Assembly (NCBI GenBank): GCA_029881335.1
Contig: JAOUMU010000004.1
Coordinates: 1-59,056 of the forward strand
Source of the DNA: Nitrospinota bacterium
Lineage (GTDB): Bacteria; Nitrospinota_A; UBA7883
DNA length: 59,056 bases
Reading direction: 5' to 3'
Made by a program: the position numbers and the translations under genes. The stretch's first letter is position 1. Every line of letters begins with the position of its first letter. This document shows positions 49,071 through 59,056 of the stretch, one piece after another. The notes under the pieces were generated by a model, which worked only from the letters and a program-made list of their open reading frames with translations, had not been told where the DNA came from and did no database searches.

Positions 49071-50546
49071 ATGGGTATTGAATTAAAGTTGCAGATGCGC
49101 CAGGCGCAACGTCTGGTGATGACGCCCATGTTGCAACAGGCGATAAAGCTTTTGCCCATGACCCGTCTGGAGCTGGTCCAGGCCATCCGTCTGGAATTGG
49201 ATCAAAATCCCCTGCTGGAGGAAGAAACGGCCGAAATCGCCGCCGAAGCTGAAACCGAGGCTGAAGTTGGCGAGGGGCTGAACTCCGATGAGGTGGAAGT
49301 ACAGCCCCAGGAGGCGGTGTTCGAAGAACAAGCCGCCCTGGAAGAGGGGAAGCCCCTGGAAAAGAAGGATGATGTGGACTGGGACTCCTATATGCAGAAC
49401 GACCTGTACGAGGGGCGCACCGGTGACGGAAACACCGAATTTCCCAGCATTGAGAACACTCTTAGGCAAAAAGAGAGCCTGGAATTCCACCTGATGTGGC
49501 AGCTGAGCGCCTCCGCCCTGGACAGCGAGGAAGAGCGCTTGGGGGAGATGATAATCGGGAACATCAACACGGAAGGCTATCTGGTGGAGTCCCTGGAGGA
49601 TCTGGCTGCGGAAGCGGAGGTGGACACCGAGACGATGGAGGACGCGCTGCTGCTGGTGCAAAGCTTCGATCCTCCCGGCGTTGGCGCCAGAAACCTGAAA
49701 GAATGCCTGATGCTGCAGATGTCCAACGCGAAACTGAAAGGGAGCGTTGTCGAGAAGCTGATTCAGGATCATCTGGAAGATCTGGATGAGAAGAACTATA
49801 AAAAAATAGCCAAAGCCATGGACGTCACCCTGGATGAAGTCATCGATGCCATGCGGGTGATAAAGGAGTTCGACCCAAAGCCTGGACTGGAGTACAATCC
49901 AGAGGAAGCGGTATATATCACGCCAGACCTTTATGTAGTGAAGATGGACAACGAGTATCAGGTTTATCTGAACGACGAAGACGTGCCCCGGCTCAGGATA
50001 AACGCGTATTACCAGTCGATATTAAAAAACAAGGCCAAGGACGCCACCCAGACCCGGGAATATGTGGAGGAGAAATTCAGGAGCGCGCTCTGGATGATAA
50101 AGAGCATCGAGCAGCGCAGGCAAACCATGATAAAAGTGGGCAGGAGCATCTGCAAGTTCCAGAAAGAGTTCATGGACAATGGGCTTGAATATCTGAAACC
50201 GCTGGTGCTAAAGGACGTGGCCGAGGATATTGGAATGCACGAATCCACTATCAGCCGGGTGACCACGAACAAGTATATCCACACTCCCCAGGGACTATAC
50301 GAGCTCAAGTATTTCTTCCATTCGTCAGTGGGAAGCATGCATGGCAGCAATATGTCTTCGGTGAGGGTAAAAGATATGATCCGGATGATCTGCAAGGAGG
50401 AGGATGCGGGCAAGCCATACACCGACGACCAGATAGTCCGGATGCTGGAAGAAAAAAATGTGAAAATAGCCCGCAGGACGGTTACCAAGTATCGAAAAGA
50501 GCTTAAAATACCATCTACTTCCAAAAGGAAGAGGCTGTTTCTATAA
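49071..50546 (+). CDS. rpoN: RNA polymerase sigma-54 factor
   Basis: MTPMLQQAIKLL, HESTISRVT, RpoN box ARRTVTKYR. Confidence 0.97.
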   Translation: MGIELKLQMRQAQRLVMTPMLQQAIKLLPMTRLELVQAIRLELDQNPLLEEETAEIAAEAETEAEVGEGLNSDEVEVQPQEAVFEEQAALEEGKPLEKKDDVDWDSYMQNDLYEGRTGDGNTEFPSIENTLRQKESLEFHLMWQLSASALDSEEERLGEMIIGNINTEGYLVESLEDLAAEAEVDTETMEDALLLVQSFDPPGVGARNLKECLMLQMSNAKLKGSVVEKLIQDHLEDLDEKNYKKIAKAMDVTLDEVIDAMRVIKEFDPKPGLEYNPEEAVYITPDLYVVKMDNEYQVYLNDEDVPRLRINAYYQSILKNKAKDATQTREYVEEKFRSALWMIKSIEQRRQTMIKVGRSICKFQKEFMDNGLEYLKPLVLKDVAEDIGMHESTISRVTTNKYIHTPQGLYELKYFFHSSVGSMHGSNMSSVRVKDMIRMICKEEDAGKPYTDDQIVRMLEEKNVKIARRTVTKYRKELKIPSTSKRKRLFL

Positions 50547-50572
50547 CGCCACAGGAGTAAGAGGAGAAGAAA

Positions 50573-50902
50573 ATGCAAATAACGATTACAGGACACCATG
50601 TCGAGGTGACGCCAGCCTTGAGGCAATATGCCGAAGAAAAAGTGGCTAAAGTGCGCAAGTACCTGAATACAACCATCAATGCCCATGTGACGTTGAAGGT
50701 GGAGAAATTAACCCACATCGCGGAGGTGACCATCCACGCCAACGGAGTGGACCTGCATGGGATGGAAAAGACCGACAACCTGTATGCCGCTATTGATAAA
50801 GTGATGGACAAGATCGATCGCCAGGCGAAGAAAGTGAAAGGCAAGATCCAGGAGAAGCGCAAAGACCCAGCGCCGACACGAGTCGGCGGTGAAGGGGAAT
50901 AA
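50573..50902 (+). CDS. hpf: Ribosome hibernation promoting factor (short HPF/RaiA)
   Basis: MQITITGHHVEVTPALR, LYAAID; follows rpoN. Confidence 0.93.
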   Translation: MQITITGHHVEVTPALRQYAEEKVAKVRKYLNTTINAHVTLKVEKLTHIAEVTIHANGVDLHGMEKTDNLYAAIDKVMDKIDRQAKKVKGKIQEKRKDPAPTRVGGEGE

Positions 50903-50931
50903 GCGGCCTTGAAGCATATGGCCGAACACTC

Positions 50932-51396
50932 TTGAAAATCACCGATTTCCTCAGTCAGGAGAACTGCGTGGCCTCGCTGGCCTCCTCCGAAAAGGAAGAG
51001 GCCTTGCGGGAGTTGACGGCGCAGATCCGGATTGATGGGGAGCCTGTCGATGTGGAGGTCATCTACAAGGCCCTGATGGAAAGAGAAAAGCTCGGTTCCA
51101 CGGGCATAGGCGAGGAGGTGGCCATACCCCACGCAAAGATCAAGGGATTACCACCTTTGGTGGGGGCCTTTGCCCGCTCCGAAAAGGGGATAGAGTACTA
51201 TTCCGTGGACGATAAACCCGTGAAGTGGATCTTCCTCCTGCTAGCTTCGGACAACTCCACCGGAAGCCACCTAAAGGCCCTGGCCCGGATATCACGCCTG
51301 ATGAAGAGCAAAAGCCTGAGGGAAAACATGAGAAGAGCCGGTACAGCCGAGGATATATACTCGCTTATAACCGAAGAGGATGAAAAACTCGGCTGA
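50932..51396 (+). CDS. ptsN: PTS EIIA(Ntr)-like protein
   Basis: REKLGSTGIGEEVAIPHAK, HLKALARISR. Confidence 0.9.
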   Translation: MKITDFLSQENCVASLASSEKEEALRELTAQIRIDGEPVDVEVIYKALMEREKLGSTGIGEEVAIPHAKIKGLPPLVGAFARSEKGIEYYSVDDKPVKWIFLLLASDNSTGSHLKALARISRLMKSKSLRENMRRAGTAEDIYSLITEEDEKLG

Positions 51397-51425
51397 GCGC
51401 GCCTGGCCGGGAAAAGGAGAGGATC

Positions 51426-51872
51426 ATGGAAAAGGACGATAGTAATAACGCGGCGCCAAAGAGGACGGGGCATCTGTTAATCGCCCACGGGGCGCTGGCC
51501 GGAGAGATGCTCAACGTCCTGGAATTCATCACCGGTAAAAGGCTCGATTACCGCGCGCTGGCCATTGACCATGCTCTGGACGTGGATAAAGCCCGCCAGA
51601 TAGTCGAAAAAGCCGTTGATGAAATGATGGGGCCAGCCGGAGTGCTGGTTTATACCGACCTTTTCGGCGGCGCCCCCTCCAACATAGCTCTTTCCATGCT
51701 GGAGGAAAAGAATATAGAAATAATCGCCGGTGTAAACCTGCCTATCCTGTTGCGTTCCACCACTCTTAACGAGGAGATGTCCCTGTCCGAAAAGGCCGGG
51801 ACGTTGCGAAACTATGGGCGGGACAACATTTTTATCGCCTCGGAAGTTCTTTTGGGAAAGGGTAGACGGTGA
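51426..51872 (+). CDS. PTS EIIA, mannose/fructose family
   Basis: LLIAHG, TDLFGGAPSN, GVNLP. Confidence 0.9.
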   Translation: MEKDDSNNAAPKRTGHLLIAHGALAGEMLNVLEFITGKRLDYRALAIDHALDVDKARQIVEKAVDEMMGPAGVLVYTDLFGGAPSNIALSMLEEKNIEIIAGVNLPILLRSTTLNEEMSLSEKAGTLRNYGRDNIFIASEVLLGKGRR

Positions 51873-51909
51873 GAGGGGCGCCCATCCGGCCAGGCGCAAA
51901 TTACGGGGC

Positions 51910-52185
51910 GTGACCCAGCGATTCCGGATCAGCGTCAAGCTGGGAAATAAATGGGGACTGCACGCCAGGGCCTCCTTTATGCTGGCATCCGCCGCCATGG
52001 GCTATCAGGCGGATATCATAGTGGAAAAGGATGGGGCCGCCGCAGACGCGAAAAGAATGGACGAGCTATTGCTGCTGATTGCGAAGGCGGGCGACACTTT
52101 ACTTATTACCGCCACTGGCCCGGATGGGCCGGAGGCGGCGGAAAAAATAGTCGGCATGATAAGGTCCGGCTTCGGCGAGGAATGA
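51910..52185 (+). CDS. ptsH: HPr family phosphocarrier
   Basis: GLHARA with the active His; DAKRM at the Ser46 position; GTG start inferred from typical length. Confidence 0.88.
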   Translation: MTQRFRISVKLGNKWGLHARASFMLASAAMGYQADIIVEKDGAAADAKRMDELLLLIAKAGDTLLITATGPDGPEAAEKIVGMIRSGFGEE

Positions 52186-53990
52186 TGGATGTAACTAAAA
52201 ACCGGGGGGCTCCACCAGGAGTGATCGTAAAGGGGATACCCGCCTCCTCGGGGATAGCCATCGGCAAGGCCTATCTGCTCGACGCGCAATACTTCTGTCT
52301 GCTTCGGCAGCTGATCGCTCCGGAGGAGATAGAGGATGAGATCATCCGGTTTCGTGGGGCCGTGGACACCGCACAGCAGGAGATTAACAGCATCAGAGAG
52401 GGAGCCCTGGAGGATGTGCCAGGGGATCTTCCCATATTGCTGCTGGACACCCACGCCCAGATCCTCAAGGACCCGACACTGATCAGGGAAATCGAGGAGA
52501 ATATACGCAAGGAAAAGCACAACGCCGAATGGGCGCTAAAGACCGTGCTGGAGGAATACAACGCAAAGTTCTCCCGGATCCGGGATGGGTATTTCCGGGA
52601 CAGATTGTTGGATATCAAAAGCGCCGTGGAAAGGCTCCAGCGAAACCTGATCCGGAGCGAGGAGGAGGGCGCCTCGCTGGTGGAGCCGGTGATCCTGGTG
52701 GCCCATGACCTGACCCCGGCGGACACCTTGAAACTGGATACCCGAAAAGTGCTGGGCATCGCCACAGACGCCGGAGGGAAAACTTCCCATGCCGGCATCC
52801 TGGCCGCCTCCATGGATATCCCAGCTGTGGTGGGGCTCAAGACTCTGGCCAACGAAATCCGCACCGGAGACACCCTGATAGTGGACGGCGGAGCCGGGGT
52901 GGTGGTGTGCAATCCCAGCCGAGAGCAGTTCCTAGAGTACAACTCCAAACGACAAAAGTATCTCTATGTCGAGAAGGAGCTCCACGGGCAAAAGGATCTG
53001 GAAGCCAAAACCCTGGACGGTGAAACAATCCGGATAATGGCTAATATCGAATCGGCAAACGACCTTGCACACATAAAGGAACACGGCGCCGAGGGGGTAG
53101 GCCTTTTCCGCACCGAATACCTGTTCCTACGCAGCCCCAGCCAGCCTGATGAAGCAGAACAGTATCAGGACTACCGCAAAGTCGCCGAATTCCTGAAAGG
53201 CAAAGAGGGGGTAATCAGGACTTTCGATCTTGGCGGAGACAAGCTGGCCTCCCACGCCGGAAACCAGTGGCCGGAGCCAAACCCGGCGCTGGGTCTGCGG
53301 GCGATTCGCTACAGTCTGGCCCATGTGGATATGTTCAAGATCCAGCTTCGGGCGATCCTGCGCGCTTCCGCCCATGGGAACATAAAGATCATGTATCCTC
53401 TGATCACAACCCTGGAGGAACTGCAGGAGGCCAACGCCATCCTGGCCCAGGCCAAGGAGGATCTGCGCAAGGAGGGGATACCCTTCAAGGATCCGATAAA
53501 GGTGGGGATCATGATAGAGACACCATCCTCGGTCATGATCGCCAGGGAACTGGCCGCCAATTGCGACTTCTTCTCCATCGGCACCAACGACCTGATCCAG
53601 TACACCATGGCCATAGACCGGCTGAACGAAAAGGTAGCCTATCTATACCAGCCGCTGTCGCCGGCGATCCTGAGGATGTTGCAGAGGGTCATCAACGCCG
53701 CCGACGAGGCAGGAGTGGAGGTCTCCGTATGCGGAAAGATGGCGGGAGACCCGGTGTATGCCCTTCTGCTGTTGGGATTTGGCGGGGTGCGAGAGCTCTC
53801 CATGGATCCCCATTCCATCCCCAGGATGAAAAAGATAATCCGCTCCGTACGGATGGAGGATGCCAGGAAAATGGCATCCCAAGTGGGGAAAATGGGCTCG
53901 ATAATGGAGATCCATGATTATGTCCTTCAGTCGGTAAAATCCATTCTGGGCCAGGACCTGACCTCCGATTTATTTGAAGATGACATCTGA
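52182..53990 (+). CDS. ptsI: Phosphoenolpyruvate--protein phosphotransferase (Enzyme I, no GAF domain)
   Basis: GGKTSHAGI, GVGLFRTE, NPALGLRAIR, FFSIGTNDL; ATG overlaps the HPr stop. Confidence 0.95.
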   Translation: MMDVTKNRGAPPGVIVKGIPASSGIAIGKAYLLDAQYFCLLRQLIAPEEIEDEIIRFRGAVDTAQQEINSIREGALEDVPGDLPILLLDTHAQILKDPTLIREIEENIRKEKHNAEWALKTVLEEYNAKFSRIRDGYFRDRLLDIKSAVERLQRNLIRSEEEGASLVEPVILVAHDLTPADTLKLDTRKVLGIATDAGGKTSHAGILAASMDIPAVVGLKTLANEIRTGDTLIVDGGAGVVVCNPSREQFLEYNSKRQKYLYVEKELHGQKDLEAKTLDGETIRIMANIESANDLAHIKEHGAEGVGLFRTEYLFLRSPSQPDEAEQYQDYRKVAEFLKGKEGVIRTFDLGGDKLASHAGNQWPEPNPALGLRAIRYSLAHVDMFKIQLRAILRASAHGNIKIMYPLITTLEELQEANAILAQAKEDLRKEGIPFKDPIKVGIMIETPSSVMIARELAANCDFFSIGTNDLIQYTMAIDRLNEKVAYLYQPLSPAILRMLQRVINAADEAGVEVSVCGKMAGDPVYALLLLGFGGVRELSMDPHSIPRMKKIIRSVRMEDARKMASQVGKMGSIMEIHDYVLQSVKSILGQDLTSDLFEDDI

Positions 53991-55587
53991 CGGCTCCACC
54001 AGGGAGGATGTAGATGGCCTGAAAAGGCATGTGACGAAAACGGCCGGCCATGTTGGGCTGGCCACTTTGCTCTCCAGGATCACCGGATTTATCCGCGATA
54101 TGGTGATCGCCCACTATTTTGGCGCCAGGGAGATAGCGGACGCGTTTTTCATCGCCTTCCGGATCCCCAACCTTCTGCGCCGCTACACCGCCGAAGGAGC
54201 GCTCACTGCGGCCATGGTTCCGGTATTCTCCGAGAAACTGCGTAAAAACCGGGAGGAGGCGTTCCGGCTGGGTCGGAACCTTCTGACCCTGATGTCCATG
54301 ACGCTGGTGGTGATCGTGGTGTTGGGGATGGTGGTGACATCGCTGGTTGTCATGGTCATAGCGCCTGGATTCTACGACAATCCGGAGCAGTTCGGCCTGA
54401 CGGTGGACCTGACCAGGATTATGTTTCCATACATACTGCTGATCTCGCTGGCATCGGCGCTGATGGGGATGTCCAATTCCATGGGCAGATTCTTCATTCC
54501 GGCCACGGCTCCTGTGCTGCTTAACATCTCCATCATATTGTGCGCCCTGGGATTGAGGGATTTATTCGAGAGGCCGGTGATGAGCCTGGCGGTGGGAGTC
54601 CTGATAGGCGGCGTGGCCCAGCTGGCTCTCCAGTATTCCCAGATCGTGAAGCTGGGCTTCAAATACACTCCCCTGGTAGACTTCAATGACAAGGACGCGC
54701 TCCGGGTGGGGGCGCTGATGGTTCCTGCAGCCATAGGGATGGCCGCTGTGGAGATTAACCTTTTGATAGACACCATCATGGCCTCGTTTCTGGTCAAGGG
54801 GAGCGTGTCGTACCTCTATTACGCAAACAGGGTGGTGCAGCTGCCTATGGGGATTTTTGGCGCGGCCGTGAGCCTGGCGACGTTGCCGGCGATGTCCAAG
54901 GAAATCTCCGCAGATGGCGCCGTGGGAAGGCTTGTTGATATTTTCTCCCACGCCTTGCGCATCACCATGCTGGTGTCGATCCCCTCAATGGTGGGGATCA
55001 TCCTGCTGGCCGATCCGATCACCAATCTTCTTTTCGAAAGGGGAGAGTTCGACCAGGCGGCCCGGATAGGATCCGCCTACGCCCTGGTCATGCTGGCTGT
55101 GGGATTGCCCGCCTTTTCGCTGATCCGGGTGGCCGCCAACGCCTTTTACTCCATGAAGGACACCGCCACCCCTGCGAAGGTGGCCGGATGGTGCCTGCTG
55201 ATAAAGCTGGCCACAAGCCTGGCGCTGATCGGCCCGATGTCCTATGCGGGGCTGGCGCTCTCAACTTCCATTACGGCCATAGCCAACATATCGATCCTGG
55301 TGTGGATATTGCGTCGACGCCTGGGTCGCGTGGATGGTGGTAAGATCGTCAGGTCGACCATTATGATGGGGGCCGCCGCCATAGTGATGGGACTTGTTAC
55401 CGTGGTGTACGCCTGGGCCTTTTATTCCCTGGAGGCTGCGGCCTTCGCCAAGGCGTTGCATATGGCCTTGATGATAGGCCTCTCCGCGGGAGCGTATTTC
55501 GCCCTTCTTTGGGCCCTGGGGAGCGAAGAGGTGGAGGAGCTTGGGGCAATGGTCTGGTCTAAACTGGCAGGCCGGAGGGGCGGATGA
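53980..55587 (+). CDS. murJ: Lipid II flippase MurJ (MviN)
   Basis: LSRITGFIRD, AFRIPNLLRR, AEGAL, YYANRVVQLP. Confidence 0.95.
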   Translation: MTSDGSTREDVDGLKRHVTKTAGHVGLATLLSRITGFIRDMVIAHYFGAREIADAFFIAFRIPNLLRRYTAEGALTAAMVPVFSEKLRKNREEAFRLGRNLLTLMSMTLVVIVVLGMVVTSLVVMVIAPGFYDNPEQFGLTVDLTRIMFPYILLISLASALMGMSNSMGRFFIPATAPVLLNISIILCALGLRDLFERPVMSLAVGVLIGGVAQLALQYSQIVKLGFKYTPLVDFNDKDALRVGALMVPAAIGMAAVEINLLIDTIMASFLVKGSVSYLYYANRVVQLPMGIFGAAVSLATLPAMSKEISADGAVGRLVDIFSHALRITMLVSIPSMVGIILLADPITNLLFERGEFDQAARIGSAYALVMLAVGLPAFSLIRVAANAFYSMKDTATPAKVAGWCLLIKLATSLALIGPMSYAGLALSTSITAIANISILVWILRRRLGRVDGGKIVRSTIMMGAAAIVMGLVTVVYAWAFYSLEAAAFAKALHMALMIGLSAGAYFALLWALGSEEVEELGAMVWSKLAGRRGG

Positions 55588-56033
55588 TCGCCGTAACGCA
55601 AAGAGTGGCCCATGCAAAGGTGGATGTGGATGGCCAAACAGTGGGTTCCATAGGGCCAGGATTTATGATACTGGTGGGAGTGGCCAAGGGGGATGGCGCA
55701 GAGGAAGTGACATATCTGTGCAATAAGATCGTCAACCTGAGAGTTTTTGACAACGAAGATGGAAAGTTCGATCTGTCGCTTCTGGATGTGAAAGGAGAGG
55801 CACTGGTGGTGAGCCAATTTACGTTGCTGGGCTCCTGGCGCAAGGGAAGAAGACCTGGGTTTGACCAGGCCGCCAGGCCGGAAGAAGCCGCCCAACTGGT
55901 GGAAATGTTCGCCAGGGAGCTGGAAAAACTGGGAGTCAAGGTGAGCCAAGGGGCTTTCGGCGCCAGGATGGAAGTGAGTCTGCTGAATGACGGGCCTGTG
56001 ACTTTTTGCATGAATACGCAAATCTCTGAGTGA
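55584..56033 (+). CDS. dtd: D-aminoacyl-tRNA deacylase
   Basis: QRV, VSQFTL, NDGPVT. Confidence 0.96.
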   Translation: MIAVTQRVAHAKVDVDGQTVGSIGPGFMILVGVAKGDGAEEVTYLCNKIVNLRVFDNEDGKFDLSLLDVKGEALVVSQFTLLGSWRKGRRPGFDQAARPEEAAQLVEMFARELEKLGVKVSQGAFGARMEVSLLNDGPVTFCMNTQISE

Positions 56034-56169
56034 AGAATAAAGAATAATTATGTTAAAACGTTCAAAATAACGCTACAATAGGGAGTTGGATAGGTGGGAT
56101 CAAGTGTACTGGAACATTTCAAATAAAATGACGCTTGTGGTTGATTATGGCCCTTAAGGAAGATGGCTG

Positions 56170-56652
56170 ATGCCTAGCGAAAAAGAGCACGAACTTTATC
56201 AACACCTGCGGAAGGACTACTTCGGGCGGGCTTTGCTCTTTCATATAGAAAAATATTTCCCCACCGACAGAGAAACTTCCAAAAGAATACTGATGGAGCC
56301 GGTGGACGGATTTTTGCCGCGCCAGGTGGCCCAGGGGATAATTAACGCCATCAAGGAATCCCAGGCTAAAAACGCAGGGCATTTCACAAATGTCTTCAAC
56401 CGCAACGTGGCTAGACACACATTCTCCTCCAACGGTCCGGACTATGCCGCCTTCGCCAGCGATGGCAATATGCGCAGTATGGTGGCGTTCATAATCAAAA
56501 AGTTTGAGAAATACTTCAAAGAGCTAGACAGCACCACCAGACGCGAATGGCTGGTGGATCATATCGTCAATAGCCCATCGTTTTCCTCCATGCAAAGGGA
56601 ACTCACCGAGCAGGAGGTGAATCTTTTGGTAGATAATATATTTATCATCTAG
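56170..56652 (+). CDS. Hypothetical protein
   Basis: 160-aa ORF filling the gap between dtd and the radical SAM gene; no recognisable motif. Confidence 0.6.
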   Translation: MPSEKEHELYQHLRKDYFGRALLFHIEKYFPTDRETSKRILMEPVDGFLPRQVAQGIINAIKESQAKNAGHFTNVFNRNVARHTFSSNGPDYAAFASDGNMRSMVAFIIKKFEKYFKELDSTTRREWLVDHIVNSPSFSSMQRELTEQEVNLLVDNIFII

Positions 56653-56797
56653 CCCGGCTGCACAGCGTTTCACCCGGAAAAATTCTCTCGAGAATTTACA
56701 TTTCAAACATATTTCCATAGTACTGTAAGCAGCGCCTCCTTCTCATGTTCGCGGGATGGCGGCGTTATAATGAACATCAGGATACTGATGGATCGCG

Positions 56798-57703
56798 ATG
56801 AACCTTACCCCCTCATATATGAAGCTGCGCGATACGGGAGAGCTGTGGCGCCGCGCGGAGCAAATGCCCCCCATGCTGAAAAAATGCGCGCTATGCCCCA
56901 GAGCCTGCGCTGTGGACAGGACCGTCGGCGAGTTGGGCGAGTGCAAGGCCGGAGCCGGGATAATGGTCTCCAGCGCATTCCCTCATTTAGGCGAGGAGCC
57001 GCCATTGGTGGGGATGGGTGGCTCTGGGACCATATTCCTGACCCATTGCAACCTGCGTTGCGTCTTCTGCCAGAACTTCGACATCAGCCACATGGGCAGG
57101 GGGGAGGAAGTGACCACGGAGGAGGTGGCTCGGATGACGCTCCAGCTGCAGGCTATGGGAGTCGCGAATATAAACTTCGTCACCCCCACCCACTACGCGC
57201 CGCAGATCGTGGAGGCGGTGGCCTTGGCCGCAGAGCGGGGGCTGCAGCTGCCTATCGTGTGGAACTGCGGCGGCTACGAGTCCCTGCCAGTGATCCGGGC
57301 GCTGGAGGGGATCGTGGACATATACATGCCGGATATCAAGTTTTTCGACAAAGCCTCCGCGGAAAAATACATGGCCGCCCCCAACTATCCACAGGTAGTC
57401 CGCAAAGCGCTATTGGAAATGCATCGGCAGGTGGGGCCGTTGGAGCTGGACCGGCGGGGGATCGCCCGCAAAGGAGTACTGATCCGCCACCTGGTGATGC
57501 CGGGGCACAAGGAGGACACCGAGGCCATCCTGAAGTTCATCGCCGAAAAGTTGTCACCGGATAGTTATGTGAACATCATGGAGCAATACCACCCCGCATG
57601 GCGGTCCCATGAATTCGATAAGATCAACCGGAGAATCACCCACGCCGAATGGGAAGAGGCGTGCGAAACGGCAAGGAAGCTGGGATTGAGCAGGGGGTTT
57701 TAA
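56798..57703 (+). CDS. Radical SAM protein, PflX-like
   Basis: CALCPRAC, HLGEEPPL, GSGTIF, CNLRCVFCQN (CxxxCxxC), RHLVMPG. Confidence 0.9.
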   Translation: MNLTPSYMKLRDTGELWRRAEQMPPMLKKCALCPRACAVDRTVGELGECKAGAGIMVSSAFPHLGEEPPLVGMGGSGTIFLTHCNLRCVFCQNFDISHMGRGEEVTTEEVARMTLQLQAMGVANINFVTPTHYAPQIVEAVALAAERGLQLPIVWNCGGYESLPVIRALEGIVDIYMPDIKFFDKASAEKYMAAPNYPQVVRKALLEMHRQVGPLELDRRGIARKGVLIRHLVMPGHKEDTEAILKFIAEKLSPDSYVNIMEQYHPAWRSHEFDKINRRITHAEWEEACETARKLGLSRGF

Positions 57704-57933
57704 GAGTGGTGGGGTGGCAGAACACCAATGAAACAGAGTCACTCAGCGGGATATTTCTCTTCATGAATCATTTGCTCTGGAGCTGTGAGGAATCTGAATT
57801 CTTTTTGGAGAGATTCCGGGGCAAGCCATCTTTATCGCAAGCCCGGAATGGCAAACGCTGTCAAAAGTTGGATAAACCTGATCCTCCCCTCATTCTCTTG
57901 TATAATCAATATTTCCCTTTTGTACGGAACTAA

Positions 57934-59056
57934 ATGAGCTATAAGGAATGGCCTTACATAGAGGCCCAGAGAATCACCGACCGCGCCGCCAGGCTGGATA
58001 AGGACAACATCACAGCCCAGACAGGATACGGCCCTTCCGGCCTGCCGCATATCGGCACATTCGGCGAGGTGGCGCGCACATCCTTCGTGCTGCAGGCGCT
58101 GGAAGTGGTGGCGCCCCAGCTAAAAACCCATCTGATCTGTTTCTCCGACGACATGGACGGCCTGCGGGAGGTCCCCCAGAATGTCCCAAACAAAGAAATG
58201 GTGATAAAGCACCTGGGCAAACCATTGACCTCCGTGCCGGATCCATACGGCGAGGAGCCATCCTTCGCTCACTACATGAACCGGAACCTGCGCGAGTTCC
58301 TGGATTCGTTCGGGTTCAAGTACGAGTTCGCCTCCTCCACAGAGAAATACGAGTCCGGCGCCTTCAATGAGGGTTTGACGCGGATCATGAAGAAGTATGA
58401 CAAGATAAAGAAAATGTTCGTGGCCAACATCGCCGAGGATAAAAGAGAAGCCTGGTCACCCTTCTTTCCCATTTGCGAAAACTGCGGAAAGATATACACC
58501 ACCGTGGTCACAGATTACAACCCGGAGGAGCTGACGGTGACATACCTTTGCCAGGCGGGGGTGGAAGGCAAATACTCCGCCTGCGGCCACACCGGCCAGA
58601 TAAGTGTGCTGGACGGCGGTTGCAAGGTCGGCTGGAAGGTGGATTGGGCCCTGCGTTGGGCGGCGCTGGGGATCGACTACGAGATGCATGGCGAGGATCT
58701 GCTGGACTCGGCGCGGCTCTCATCGAAGATCGTGAGAGAGATCGGTGGCAAACCTCCGGAGCTGTTCAAGTATGAGCTGTTTCTGGACGAGACCGGCAAG
58801 AAGATTTCCAAAAAGATCGGCAACGGCATCTCCATCGAGCATTGGCTGCGCTACGCCCCGGTGGACTCGTTGCTCTACTTCATGTTTTTAAAACCTCAGC
58901 AGACAAAGAAGATGGGCCTGCCCATTCTGCCGAAGATCGTAGATGGCTATCTGGAATTGATGGCCGGGTATGATGGCCGCACCCACGACTCCCCGGCGTT
59001 TTTCGTGGGAAGGCTGGCCAGTGGCGCCCACGCCAGCGCCCAGCATGGACAGAATA
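57934..59056 (+). CDS. lysS: Class I lysine--tRNA ligase; 3' end runs off the window
   Basis: Translated by hand from ATG 57934: WPYIEA, TGYGPSGLPHIGTFGEV, SDDMDGLR, KVGWKVDWALRW, KISKKIGN. Confidence 0.93.
   Translation, partial: MSYKEWPYIEAQRITDRAARLDKDNITAQTGYGPSGLPHIGTFGEVARTSFVLQALEVVAPQLKTHLICFSDDMDGLREVPQNVPNKEMVIKHLGKPLTSVPDPYGEEPSFAHYMNRNLREFLDSFGFKYEFASSTEKYESGAFNEGLTRIMKKYDKIKKMFVANIAEDKREAWSPFFPICENCGKIYTTVVTDYNPEELTVTYLCQAGVEGKYSACGHTGQISVLDGGCKVGWKVDWALRWAALGIDYEMHGEDLLDSARLSSKIVREIGGKPPELFKYELFLDETGKKISKKIGNGISIEHWLRYAPVDSLLYFMFLKPQQTKKMGLPILPKIVDGYLELMAGYDGRTHDSPAFFVGRLASGAHASAQHGQN

Noticed and set aside
51951-52181. N-terminal extension of Enzyme I suggesting a GAF (PtsP) domain or an HPr fusion
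   Set aside because: The extension is an out-of-frame overlap with the HPr gene; the real start is ATG 52182

Overview
A chromosomal window from a diderm bacterium with a moderately high GC content. The gene content (CarD, oxidiser-type DsrEFH, class I LysRS, sigma54/PTS cluster) fits a Nitrospinota- or deltaproteobacteria-like organism, but that assignment is inference. I see no CRISPR array, integrase or transposase. The right third is housekeeping: argS, tsaE, lptCAB-rpoN-hpf-ptsN-EIIA-HPr-EI, murJ, dtd and a partial lysS. The most striking locus is at 19910-25982, a putative porin-cytochrome electron conduit. It encodes two paralogous lipoprotein multiheme cytochromes (10 and 8 CxxCH), a 912-aa cytochrome with 36 heme motifs in 12 tri-heme modules, and an overlapping outer-membrane beta-barrel, all behind a sigma54-type -24/-12 site. 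Other notable items: an LptA-SPOR fusion; a stand-alone dsrEFH; a polysaccharide export locus led by a FecR-like Ala-repeat protein; a small secreted YGLP-repeat protein; a tRNA-Ala(CGC) missing one anticodon-stem base; an HPr with Ser46 replaced by Arg; and a near-consensus sigma54 site overlapping the start of the lptC-rpoN cluster. All calls come from reading motifs by eye; no database searches were run.
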